From: Rhodothermales bacterium
Lineage (GTDB): Bacteria > Bacteroidota > Rhodothermia > Rhodothermales > VXPQ01
Direction: 5' to 3'
Assembly (NCBI GenBank): GCA_951812345.1
Contig: OX638295.1
Span: 2,542,965 to 2,606,964, forward strand
Length of the DNA: 64,000 nucleotides
A program made the position numbers and the translations under genes. Below are positions 51,077 through 59,735 of this stretch, piece by piece. Below the pieces are notes generated by a model. That model saw nothing but the letters and a program-made list of their open reading frames with translations, was not told the origin of the DNA and made no database searches. Each line of letters starts with the position of its first letter. The first letter of the stretch is position 1.

Positions 51077-51970
51077 CTACCACACCTCGCCCGGTGCGTA
51101 CAGCTTCTTCGCCGGTCCGATCAGCTTCTTGTCGGGCTTCGTTACACGCCGCCGGGCATCTTCCTGGTAGGGAAGGTGCTCCAGCACGTAGCGCATGCAG
51201 TTGAGGCGCGCCCGCTTTTTGTCGTCCGACTTGATCACCACCCAGGGCGACGTTTTGGTGTCGGTCGCCGCGAACATCGTTTTCTTCGCCTCCGTGTACT
51301 CGTCCCACAACGAGAGCGACCGGAGGTCCACGTCGCTGATTTTCCACTGCTTGAGCGGGTTCCGGGCGCGCGACACGAACCGCCTAAGCTGCTCCTCGCG
51401 GCTTACCGAGAACCAGAACTTGAAAAGGTGGAATCCGTCGTTCACCAGCAGTTCTTCGAACGTCGCGACATCTCTCAGGAAACGGAGGTGCTCGGCCGGC
51501 GTGCAAAAACCCATTACCGGCTCGACCACTGCCCGGTTGTACCAGGAACGGTCAAAGAAAACGATCTCCCCCCTGGACGGCAGACACTCCACATAGCGCT
51601 GGAAGTACCACTGCCCACGCTCCCTTTCGGAAGGAACCGGCAGCGCCACCACCAGAGCGCTCCGCGGGTTAAGGTGCTCCATGAACCGCTTGATCGTTCC
51701 CCCTTTCCCGGCCGCGTCGCGCCCCTCGAAAAGCAGCACGACCCGCTGGCCCGTCTCCTTGAACCACCGCTGCATCTTCAGCAACTCGACCTGCAGTTCC
51801 GCCTTCCGGCGCTCGTACTCGGCGCGGGCGAGCTTGGTCCTGTACGGGTAAGACGCGCTGATGATCTCCCGCCTGTCAGCCTCTTCGACCTTATTACGAA
51901 TCTCGACAGGGATATTGGCGGTCGGCAGCAGAAGCCCCAACTCATTGCGTTCCTGTGTGGAGACGGTCAT
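51077..51970 (-). CDS. ppk2: Polyphosphate kinase 2
   Basis: The Walker A motif is FEGRDAAGKGGTIKR, followed by ...FDRSWYNR..., the PPK2 family pattern. Confidence 0.9.
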   Translation of the reverse strand: MTVSTQERNELGLLLPTANIPVEIRNKVEEADRREIISASYPYRTKLARAEYERRKAELQVELLKMQRWFKETGQRVVLLFEGRDAAGKGGTIKRFMEHLNPRSALVVALPVPSERERGQWYFQRYVECLPSRGEIVFFDRSWYNRAVVEPVMGFCTPAEHLRFLRDVATFEELLVNDGFHLFKFWFSVSREEQLRRFVSRARNPLKQWKISDVDLRSLSLWDEYTEAKKTMFAATDTKTSPWVVIKSDDKKRARLNCMRYVLEHLPYQEDARRRVTKPDKKLIGPAKKLYAPGEVW

Positions 51971-52084
51971 GGAAAAACCCTGCTTCTATCAGAATGGTTG
52001 CTATGCCCCGAGGATAACACGGATCGTACGACCCGATGCTCCAGAGTTTCCCCTTCCGGGTCGCGCACGGAGCACTCGAAACCC

Positions 52085-52735
52085 TCAAAACGGCCAACGA
52101 AACTGCGCGGCCAATTTGTCCCTGTCCTCTTCCAGAGTAGGGATAGCCCGCTCCCCCACCGCCCGGGAAAGATTGCGGTTGGTGGTATGAATCTCGCCAA
52201 TCAGACGCGGATACCAGGAAAAAGCTGCCTTCAATCCCTGCTCATCGTAGAAGTCGGTGGCGGTTATCTGCGCCGGTACCAACACTGTCACCGTGAACTG
52301 GTTCAGTTGGGTGACGGTCTCTTCAAGGGTTTCCAGCAACGGTGTACCCCCGATGATATTACTGATGATATATTTACTCAGCGATGCGAAATTCGTGCCA
52401 TCGAAGGCGGCCTCCAATACGCTACCCCGGTACAGGTAATACAAATCGCTCGGCAGCAAGTCCGGTTGTCCACCTTCCTCGATCTCGGCCACTACTGCGA
52501 GGTGCTTCTGGAGCTTCCCGTTTTCCTGGTCGAGATGGGCGTAAAGCACCTGAAATTCAAGAATCAGGCTGTCGTAGTACTGGAGTTGCATGGACCGCTC
52601 ATGCTGCCTTTCCTGGTAGCCGTTAAACAGGAAAGCGAGGTAGACGCCGAGGAAAACGATCACCAGTTCCATGGCGAACCAGCCCAGGTTCTTATTCTTG
52701 ATAAACCTCGTTTTGAAAAACCTCGTGATAAACAT
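52085..52735 (-). CDS. Hypothetical membrane-anchored protein
   Basis: There is a single N-terminal TM (WFAMELVIVFLGVYLAFLF), then a soluble region. The start is chosen at M22 of the track ORF. No family is recognised. Confidence 0.4.
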   Translation of the reverse strand: MFITRFFKTRFIKNKNLGWFAMELVIVFLGVYLAFLFNGYQERQHERSMQLQYYDSLILEFQVLYAHLDQENGKLQKHLAVVAEIEEGGQPDLLPSDLYYLYRGSVLEAAFDGTNFASLSKYIISNIIGGTPLLETLEETVTQLNQFTVTVLVPAQITATDFYDEQGLKAAFSWYPRLIGEIHTTNRNLSRAVGERAIPTLEEDRDKLAAQFRWPF

Positions 52736-52782
52736 GTATCGCCTCCGTACAGGGAGATATGCAAAAAGGTGAAGCAGCCGCC

Positions 52783-53211
52783 CTACTCCTCCGCCCACGG
52801 ATCGTACGACCCAACGCTCCAGAGTTGCCCTTCCGGATCGCGGACGGCGAAGAGGCTCCCGCCATAGGGCTGCTCTTCCAGTTCCATGACAATACGCGCC
52901 CCCTTTGCTTTCACATGGTCGTAGAGCGCCTTGATGTCGCTTTCGCCGACCACAATGTAGGCCGCCTGCGTGAGTTTCCCTTCGGGTTCGGAGGCGACCA
53001 CATGATGCCCATGTTCGTCGTCCCGCATGGAACCGAGCATGACCATGCCACCGCCAAGCGTGAGTTGGGCATGGGCAATTTTGTCCTCGCCATGCGGGAC
53101 CACAAGGCGTCGTTCAAAACCAAGCACGCTGCACAGCCACTCGATGGCGGCGTGCGCATCGCGGTAGCGCAGGCCGGGAATGACGGTGGATCGGAGGGTT
53201 TCCTGCTGCAT
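52783..53211 (-). CDS. Glyoxalase/bleomycin-resistance (VOC) family protein
   Basis: 142 aa. ...IPGLRYRDAHAAIEWLCSVLGFE... and ...EEQPYGGSLFAVRDPEGQLWSV... are present. Confidence 0.8.
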   Translation of the reverse strand: MQQETLRSTVIPGLRYRDAHAAIEWLCSVLGFERRLVVPHGEDKIAHAQLTLGGGMVMLGSMRDDEHGHHVVASEPEGKLTQAAYIVVGESDIKALYDHVKAKGARIVMELEEQPYGGSLFAVRDPEGQLWSVGSYDPWAEE

Positions 53212-53250
53212 GGATTACGGCCAGTATGATTGCAATCTTTTGAGAATATA

Positions 53251-53399
53251 GAATACTCTGACCAAAACCGCTTCGCTCAGCACTTCACGTTCGCGCGTAA
53301 ACGACATCATGATTCCATCGTCGGAATCAAGCACTGCGAATTCGGGGCGTCGCGGACATGACGCGCCCTTCGGGAGGCTGCGAACTTAATCAGAGTTCC
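53251..53399. repeat. GGATAC-TIR element, short form with both (degenerate) ends
   Basis: GAATACTCTGACCAAAACCGCTTCGCTCAGCAC...GCGCCCTTCGGGAGGCTGCGAACTTAATCAGAGTTCC. Confidence 0.7.
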
Positions 53400-53536
53400 T
53401 GTGCTCGACAAGCACCGAGCGACGCACCCGCGCGTACTCTCTCCCGCCGCCCGCCGGAACGAAATAACCTGTCGTACCGGAACGGCATGGCCTCTCTCCC
53501 GTCCACGCGCCGGAACGGAAACAACACGCAAACGAT

Positions 53537-54679
53537 ATGAAGGATACTCTGAAGAAAGAACTGCTCATGCCCGCTCATAACCTCTCCGGCCCCATGCGCT
53601 CCTTTCTTTCCCTCTCCGGTATGCTTCTGGGTCTGCTTGCTCTCTCGGCGGCCGGATGCGACAGCGATTCCGGCATGGAGGAGGTCACGCCGGACCCCAA
53701 CCGCGATTACCCGGCGCTTAAAACTCTTGCCGTACATCCTGTTGGCGTGGCCATCCAGGCGGTACACCTGTCCAGCTCGGACCGCACCACCGTGATCAAG
53801 AAGGTATTCAACAGCATCACGGCCGAGTGGGAAATGAAGATGAACCCGATATCCGTCGGGCCGGGATCGTACAACTGGACCGGAGCCGACGCGCTGGTGG
53901 ATTTCGCGGAGGAAAACGGCATGCAGGTCCACGGGCATACGCTCGTGTGGCACCAGACGGCGCCATCCTGGATGGAAAACTTCGGGGGGGACGACGAGGC
54001 GTTCGAAGAGGCCGTAAAAGAATACATCACGACCGTCATAGAACGCTACAAGGGACGCGTCGTGAGTTGGGATGTGATCAACGAAGCATTCGACGACGAA
54101 CGGGGAGCATTACGCAACAGCGTGTTCCGGCGCAGGATGGGCGACGATTACATTGCCCGGCTGTTCCAGTATGCCCGGGAAGCCGATCCGGACCTGCTGC
54201 TTTTCTACAACGATTACGGGCTCACCTGGAGCCTGCCCAAGCGCCGCGCCGTGATGAGGATGCTCGACGACTTTCAGGAGCGGGGCATCCCCATAGACGG
54301 CGTGGGATTGCAAATGCACATAGCCTGGGACGGCCCGTCCCTCGAAGTAATCACCGAAACCATGGACGAGGTGGTGAAGCGCGGCCTGAAACTGCATCTC
54401 TCCGAACTGGATGTGCGCATCAACACGGACGGTAGCCTGCAATCCTGGAATACGGCGCGGGGAAATATTCAGAAGGAGCGCGTCAAGGAGGTCGTAGCCG
54501 CCTTCAACCGGATTCCCGAGGAGCAGCGCTTCGCCATCACCCTGTGGGGACTGCGCGATCCGGACACCTGGCTCATCGATTTTTACGACCGGCCGGAGTG
54601 GCCGCTCCTGTTCGATGCGAGACTGCTCCCAAAACCCGCCTATTACGGATTTGTCGAGGCGCTGCAGGAGGCGCAGTGA
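53537..54679 (+). CDS. GH10 endo-1,4-beta-xylanase, lipoprotein
   Basis: The acid/base region is WDVINEA and the nucleophile region is HLSELDV. The lipobox is LSAAGC. The real start may be M20 (53594). Confidence 0.9.
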   Translation: MKDTLKKELLMPAHNLSGPMRSFLSLSGMLLGLLALSAAGCDSDSGMEEVTPDPNRDYPALKTLAVHPVGVAIQAVHLSSSDRTTVIKKVFNSITAEWEMKMNPISVGPGSYNWTGADALVDFAEENGMQVHGHTLVWHQTAPSWMENFGGDDEAFEEAVKEYITTVIERYKGRVVSWDVINEAFDDERGALRNSVFRRRMGDDYIARLFQYAREADPDLLLFYNDYGLTWSLPKRRAVMRMLDDFQERGIPIDGVGLQMHIAWDGPSLEVITETMDEVVKRGLKLHLSELDVRINTDGSLQSWNTARGNIQKERVKEVVAAFNRIPEEQRFAITLWGLRDPDTWLIDFYDRPEWPLLFDARLLPKPAYYGFVEALQEAQ

Positions 54680-54722
54680 ATCCTTAGTATCTACTGCACC
54701 TCCTGCCTTCCGCGCTTGTTCT

Positions 54723-57002
54723 CTACTTCACCAGCATCATTCGTTTGGTCTGCACAAAGGAGGCGCCCGCTTCGAGGCGGTACAGATACACGCCGGACGT
54801 AAGCCCGGAGGCATCGAACCGCACCGTGTGCTCGCCGCCAGCCAATGAGGTATTGTCGAGCAGCGCAGCCACCTCCCGGCCCAGTACATCGAATACGCGC
54901 AGCGTCACCTGCTCCGCTTGCGGCAACTGGAAACGAATGCTGGTAGACGGATTGAACGGATTCGGGTAGTTCTGCGCCAGGGCATACGCTTCCGGCAGTT
55001 CCGGTTCGTCTTCGCTGGATACGGGAACGTACTGGCTACTGTGAATCATCGTCACGGTTTGCCACTGGCTCGGCGTATTCCACCAGGTGTTGTCCACTGT
55101 GGGGTTGAGGCTCCAGGTAATCTGGTGCACGCGCGGCGGCTGGCCTCCTCCCCCGTCGGCGTCGTTCAGCGTAATCGTAAAAGGCATGAAGCGGGGGGCG
55201 TCGTTCTCCCCGGGAAAAGCAGCGTCGGCGTCGCCGGTATACTTAACCTGCGGGGTAGGAAAATACGCCAGCATGTTGTAGCCATCCGTATCCATCTCGT
55301 ACGCGGCGCCGCCGACATTCGGCTTGTCGCCGGGACCACCTTCGGCGGCCACGTTTGTTTTGCCCGTCGCATCGTTCGCGCTCCCGTGGGGGGACAGGCG
55401 GAACTGGTAATCGGGGAAGGCGCCGCGCATCATATCGCTGTGCGGAGAACCGCCCAGTATCGATCCCCCGGCGTCGCGCACGTCGTAGTTCCCCCATCCG
55501 AGTTCAATGGAATCGAACTGCCAGGCGCCTTCCGGTCCATCGGCGGCCGGGGCGAAATCGAGTATGTCGTCAGTAACTTCGGCATAGATCCATACCTCCG
55601 GAGACAACCCCATGGCGTCGTCTCCCTCGTAATACGCCACCCAGACGGATGCGGAGAGATCGTCGTTGTTATCGGGCAATGTGACACCGAGCTCGGAGAG
55701 CTGCGAATGCGTATCGTCGACGACGAACGGCATGGACCCCTCTGGGAAACCCTCGTTCGATACGGTCCTCGCATTATTGACCGCGTTAAACAGCATCTCG
55801 GCCTGCGCATCCGTCAACGACAGGATCGGCGGCGAAATGGCAAGGTCCGGGTTGTCTATTTCCACCGCGCTGTTCGATACGTCCGGGTTCTCCACTCCGG
55901 ATGCGCTCAGGCTGGTGACCGCATAGTAAAGCGTCGAACCGGAAGACGAAAACGCATAAGGCACCTCGACCTCATGCCGCACCTCGTAAGGAGAAGCGGA
56001 CACCTTCTGCAGAAACGTTACGTTCGCCGCGCTCACATCCGTGATCGGATCTCCACTGAAATACACATTGTATCCCCCGAAATCGGGATTGTGGGTCCAG
56101 GAAATCACATTGGCGGGACCGTCGGCTCCCACGCTCACGCCGGACATGGCCGCAGGCAGCCCCGAAGCATCCCCCAGATCAAGATCGGCCGGGCCGATAA
56201 ACACGTCGTCCAGATAGATGGGGCCGTTGGAATCTCCGCCTATGTTCGGGTCCCAGTCCCAGTGCACGCCCAGAGACCAGACATTATTCCATTCGAATTC
56301 TGTCCACAGATCGGGCCGCTGCCGGGTATCCGGCCCCAACAGATCGAGCCCGATCTCGAAGTTTGCCCAAGAACCGGCGTATATCCACTGCGCTTCGTGT
56401 CCCGAGATGGTGCCGTCTGTCTTGCCTGCTTCGAGTTCCGCGTAGGTCGGGGGCGGGAGCACCACCGACACCTCGTGCCATTCCCCGTTGCGCATGTCGG
56501 TCGGTATGATCCAGCGCAAGCGGAAGGGGTTATTTCCGGTTTCTCCGATATTCTCCGCGAAATCCTCGAGCTGAATCCCGAGGGCATGCTCATTTCCGCC
56601 GGACGAAGCGTTGGCCGCATCCACCAGAATGCGAAAATGGAGGACGTTCTCGGCCTCCCGGTTGGCCGTCATATCGCGAGGCATGCCGTCAGGAAGGTCA
56701 GTGGCGCCAAAACGAAACCCGTGGTATGCGTAGGTGCCCGGGCTGAGTTCCAACACCTTGTTGTCGCTGCCATCCGGATCGTCGACTACCTCGCCGCCGT
56801 CGACCCGTGGAATATCGAGATTCACCCCATCCACGAAAAAGATGTAGTGATCGCCAAGCGCCGGAGCCTGCGCCTGGGCATTATGCGCAACGACGCCCGT
56901 GAAAAGCAGGGCTGCGGCAGCGAACCCTGCAGATCCGGCTATGAAACGGTGAACTGCACGACCGAAGAAATGGATGGTCTGGTGATTATTAGCGGTATGC
57001 AT
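54723..57002 (-). CDS. Large secreted protein with T9SS C-terminal sorting domain (probable carbohydrate-binding modules)
   Basis: The C-terminus NYPNPFNPSTSIRFQLPQAEQVTLRVFDVLGREVA...GVYLYRLEAG...KRMMLVK is a Por/T9SS tail. There is a signal peptide ending AQAQA. The start is chosen at M20 of the track ORF. Confidence 0.75.
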   Translation of the reverse strand: MHTANNHQTIHFFGRAVHRFIAGSAGFAAAALLFTGVVAHNAQAQAPALGDHYIFFVDGVNLDIPRVDGGEVVDDPDGSDNKVLELSPGTYAYHGFRFGATDLPDGMPRDMTANREAENVLHFRILVDAANASSGGNEHALGIQLEDFAENIGETGNNPFRLRWIIPTDMRNGEWHEVSVVLPPPTYAELEAGKTDGTISGHEAQWIYAGSWANFEIGLDLLGPDTRQRPDLWTEFEWNNVWSLGVHWDWDPNIGGDSNGPIYLDDVFIGPADLDLGDASGLPAAMSGVSVGADGPANVISWTHNPDFGGYNVYFSGDPITDVSAANVTFLQKVSASPYEVRHEVEVPYAFSSSGSTLYYAVTSLSASGVENPDVSNSAVEIDNPDLAISPPILSLTDAQAEMLFNAVNNARTVSNEGFPEGSMPFVVDDTHSQLSELGVTLPDNNDDLSASVWVAYYEGDDAMGLSPEVWIYAEVTDDILDFAPAADGPEGAWQFDSIELGWGNYDVRDAGGSILGGSPHSDMMRGAFPDYQFRLSPHGSANDATGKTNVAAEGGPGDKPNVGGAAYEMDTDGYNMLAYFPTPQVKYTGDADAAFPGENDAPRFMPFTITLNDADGGGGQPPRVHQITWSLNPTVDNTWWNTPSQWQTVTMIHSSQYVPVSSEDEPELPEAYALAQNYPNPFNPSTSIRFQLPQAEQVTLRVFDVLGREVAALLDNTSLAGGEHTVRFDASGLTSGVYLYRLEAGASFVQTKRMMLVK

Positions 57003-57209
57003 AAGAGCCTCGCTCAGGAAGGAAATGGCGTAGTAAGTTGTAAGATGCCTATGGTGCAAGATTGACTATTTACGCGAAAATTTCACGTAATGCAAGGATT
57101 TTCCATATAATGCCTATGCCTACATGCTGTGGCATGTACATAACGGTTCTGTAGAGTATAGTGCTGTATTAGGTCCGTATCGGTTTCGTATCGCAAGAAG
57201 AAAAAAACC

Positions 57210-59312
57210 ATGAAAAAAAACCATATTCGCAAGGCACGCGCGTTATTGCGGGCAGGCATCCGGTATGCCGCAGGCGTCGTTTCGGTTTTTCTCCTGATTC
57301 TTCCGGCACAGGGGCAAGGCTTTTTTCGAACCGAGGGTAGGCAGATCCTCAATCGGGACGGCGATCCCGTCGTCATACGCGGACTCGGGCTGGGCGGCTG
57401 GCTTGTGCCGGAGGGATATATGCTCCACATTTTTCCCCCCGATGGCGGCTCTCCGCGTTCCATCCGGGCACAGATAGCGAGCCTGATCGGCGAGAGCGGA
57501 GCGGATCGTTTTTTCGAGATATACCGGGCCAAATACGTCGCAGAAAAAGATATTGCGGCTATCGCCGAATGGGGATTCGATCATATTCGCCTGCCCATGC
57601 ATTACAACCTGCTCTTCGACCCGGATACCGAAACGTTCATCGAGAGCGGGTTTAAAACGATCGACGACCTTCTCGACTGGTGCCGCAAGTACGATATCGA
57701 TCTCATTCTGGACATGCACGCCGCGCCCGGCGGCCAGAACCATGGCGAGATCAGCGACAGCGACGGCGTGGCCCGTCTCTGGACGGAGCCCGACCCGTAT
57801 CAGGACCAACTGGTGACCGTATGGACCGAGATCGCCCGACGCTACGTAAACGAGCCATACATCATCGGATATGACCTGATCAACGAACCCGTCACGCCCG
57901 GCTGCCGCGACGGTGCAGCCTCTTGCGCCCCGGGCAGCCCCAACGAGTGGACTGGAGAGGAGCAATCGGAAGCCCTGCGCGCGCTGTACGTGCGGCTCAT
58001 CGAAGCCGTCCGCCAGATCGATACGAACCATATCATTTTTATAGAGGGGAATTACTACGCCACCACATTCCCTCCGGAACTGGAAAACCTCCCCGACGAC
58101 AATATCGTCTACGCCTTCCACAAGTACTGGAACGCCACGGACGTCGGCACCATCAACTATCTTCTGGATTTTAGCGAAAAAACCAACGTACCGCTCTGGC
58201 TGGGCGAATCGGGAGAAAACTCGAATCCGTGGTTCTTTGCGGTAACCCGGCTCGCGGAAAGACACGGGATCGGCTGGAACTGGTGGACGCACAAGAAAAT
58301 AGCGACGATCACCAGCCCGCTTTCCGCGCCGTTTACGCCGGGCTACAAGGATGTACTCGACTACTGGAACGGCAACGGGCCCCGTCCTGCCCCGCGAGCA
58401 GCCAGCGAGGGACTCTTCTCCATGGCGGAGGGGTTGGACCTCGATTCCTGCATCACGCGGCCCGGCGTCCTTGCCGCGCTTTTGGATCCGGATTACGCCA
58501 CGCTGCGCAAACCCTTCAAAGAACATCCCATCCCCGGCATCGTCAACGCCGTGGATTACGATATCGGACATGCGGGCACCACCTACCACGACAGCGATCT
58601 CATGCGGGTCGATGGACGAGACGGGGTCGGCAACCAGGGGTATGAATACCGAAATGACGGAGTGGATATCGAGAAATCCAAAGACCCGGAAGGCTTCGAA
58701 TATAATGTGGGGTGGATCCAAACGGGCGAATGGCTGACCTGGACCGTGCAGATCGAGAAGACGGGAATCTATGACGTCGAAATTCGCGTCGCCGCCGATG
58801 CGGCGGATAATGGCGGCGTCTTGCACCTCGCGCTGAACAACGAACGGCTTGGCGCCAATGTAGTTGTGCCCGTCACCGGCGGGTGGCAGACGTGGCAATC
58901 GGTATGGATGCGCGATGTGACGCTGCCCGCCGGCGAGCATATCCTGAGAATGAACGTGCGCAATGGAGGGTTCAACGTGAACCGGATGCGCTTTACGCTG
59001 AAGGAAGTCACCTCCGTCGAACAGGCGGACGAACTCCCGGAGGCGATGCGGCTGGAAGGAGCCTGGCCCAATCCGTTTTCCGGAGAAGTCAATCTGGCGT
59101 TCCGAACCGACCGACCCGTACGGGCCCGCCTCGAAATGGTGGACTTGCTGGGACGCACCGTGTATACGCATGCCCCGGAAGCGTTCGGGACGGGAGAACA
59201 CACGTTGTCCGTAAGCGCCGACCTGCCTCCGGGTATGTATTTCTCGCGCCTGTTTCTGGAAGACGGGGAACGCACGCACCTCCTGACAGCGCCCGTAACG
59301 GCTATACCATAA
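57210..59312 (+). CDS. GH5 glycoside hydrolase + CBM6-like module + T9SS C-terminal domain
   Basis: The catalytic region has DLINEP (acid/base) and WLGESGEN (nucleophile). The CBM6-like region is VNAVDYD...GWIQTGEWLTWTV...GGWQTWQ.... The tail is WPNPFSGEVNLAF...GMYFSRL. Confidence 0.85.
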   Translation: MKKNHIRKARALLRAGIRYAAGVVSVFLLILPAQGQGFFRTEGRQILNRDGDPVVIRGLGLGGWLVPEGYMLHIFPPDGGSPRSIRAQIASLIGESGADRFFEIYRAKYVAEKDIAAIAEWGFDHIRLPMHYNLLFDPDTETFIESGFKTIDDLLDWCRKYDIDLILDMHAAPGGQNHGEISDSDGVARLWTEPDPYQDQLVTVWTEIARRYVNEPYIIGYDLINEPVTPGCRDGAASCAPGSPNEWTGEEQSEALRALYVRLIEAVRQIDTNHIIFIEGNYYATTFPPELENLPDDNIVYAFHKYWNATDVGTINYLLDFSEKTNVPLWLGESGENSNPWFFAVTRLAERHGIGWNWWTHKKIATITSPLSAPFTPGYKDVLDYWNGNGPRPAPRAASEGLFSMAEGLDLDSCITRPGVLAALLDPDYATLRKPFKEHPIPGIVNAVDYDIGHAGTTYHDSDLMRVDGRDGVGNQGYEYRNDGVDIEKSKDPEGFEYNVGWIQTGEWLTWTVQIEKTGIYDVEIRVAADAADNGGVLHLALNNERLGANVVVPVTGGWQTWQSVWMRDVTLPAGEHILRMNVRNGGFNVNRMRFTLKEVTSVEQADELPEAMRLEGAWPNPFSGEVNLAFRTDRPVRARLEMVDLLGRTVYTHAPEAFGTGEHTLSVSADLPPGMYFSRLFLEDGERTHLLTAPVTAIP

Positions 59313-59320
59313 ATACTATA

Positions 59321-59495
59321 GGATACTCTGATTAAAACCGCTTCGCTCGGCATTGCACTTTCGCACGTAAGGGACGTCATGATTCTATCGTAGGAATCAG
59401 GGGAAGCGCTGCGAATTCGGGGCATCGCGGGCGTGACGCACCCTTCGGGAGGCAGAGAGCGGTGCAGGCGTGACGCGCCCTTCGGGAGGATGAGA
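59321..59495. repeat. GGATAC-TIR element, left end + core with internal 33-bp duplication
   Basis: GGATACTCTGATTAAAACCGCTTCGCTCGGC... is followed by the GCGTGACGC(A/G)CCCTTCGGGAGG module, present twice (~59431 and ~59468). Confidence 0.7.
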
Positions 59496-59735
59496 GGAAC
59501 AGGCAGGGTGAGCGAAATACGCCATCGCAGAAGACCTTTCTGCGCCCCATTATTTCGCACGCCTTTTTCCGAAAAACGGGAAACGCGGGGCCTCACCCGT
59601 GCAACCATCTCCTTTTATTTACGTATCGCGCAAAAAGGATAGTGGTTCAAATGGGCCTGTAGTCGAGTAGTACGCGTCATATCTTGCCATTTGGTCCGTT
59701 AAAAAGGCTTCAAGCAACCAATTTCCCCCCCTTTC

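Noticed and set aside
51176-52867. A 563-aa plus-strand ORF spanning ppk2 and the neighbouring gene
   Set aside because: It crosses two independently supported minus-strand genes and an intergenic gap, and is an antisense artefact.
54918-59279. A 715-aa ORF opposite the T9SS protein and a 678-aa ORF opposite GH5
   Set aside because: The accepted strands carry signal peptides, catalytic motifs and T9SS tails. The shadows do not.
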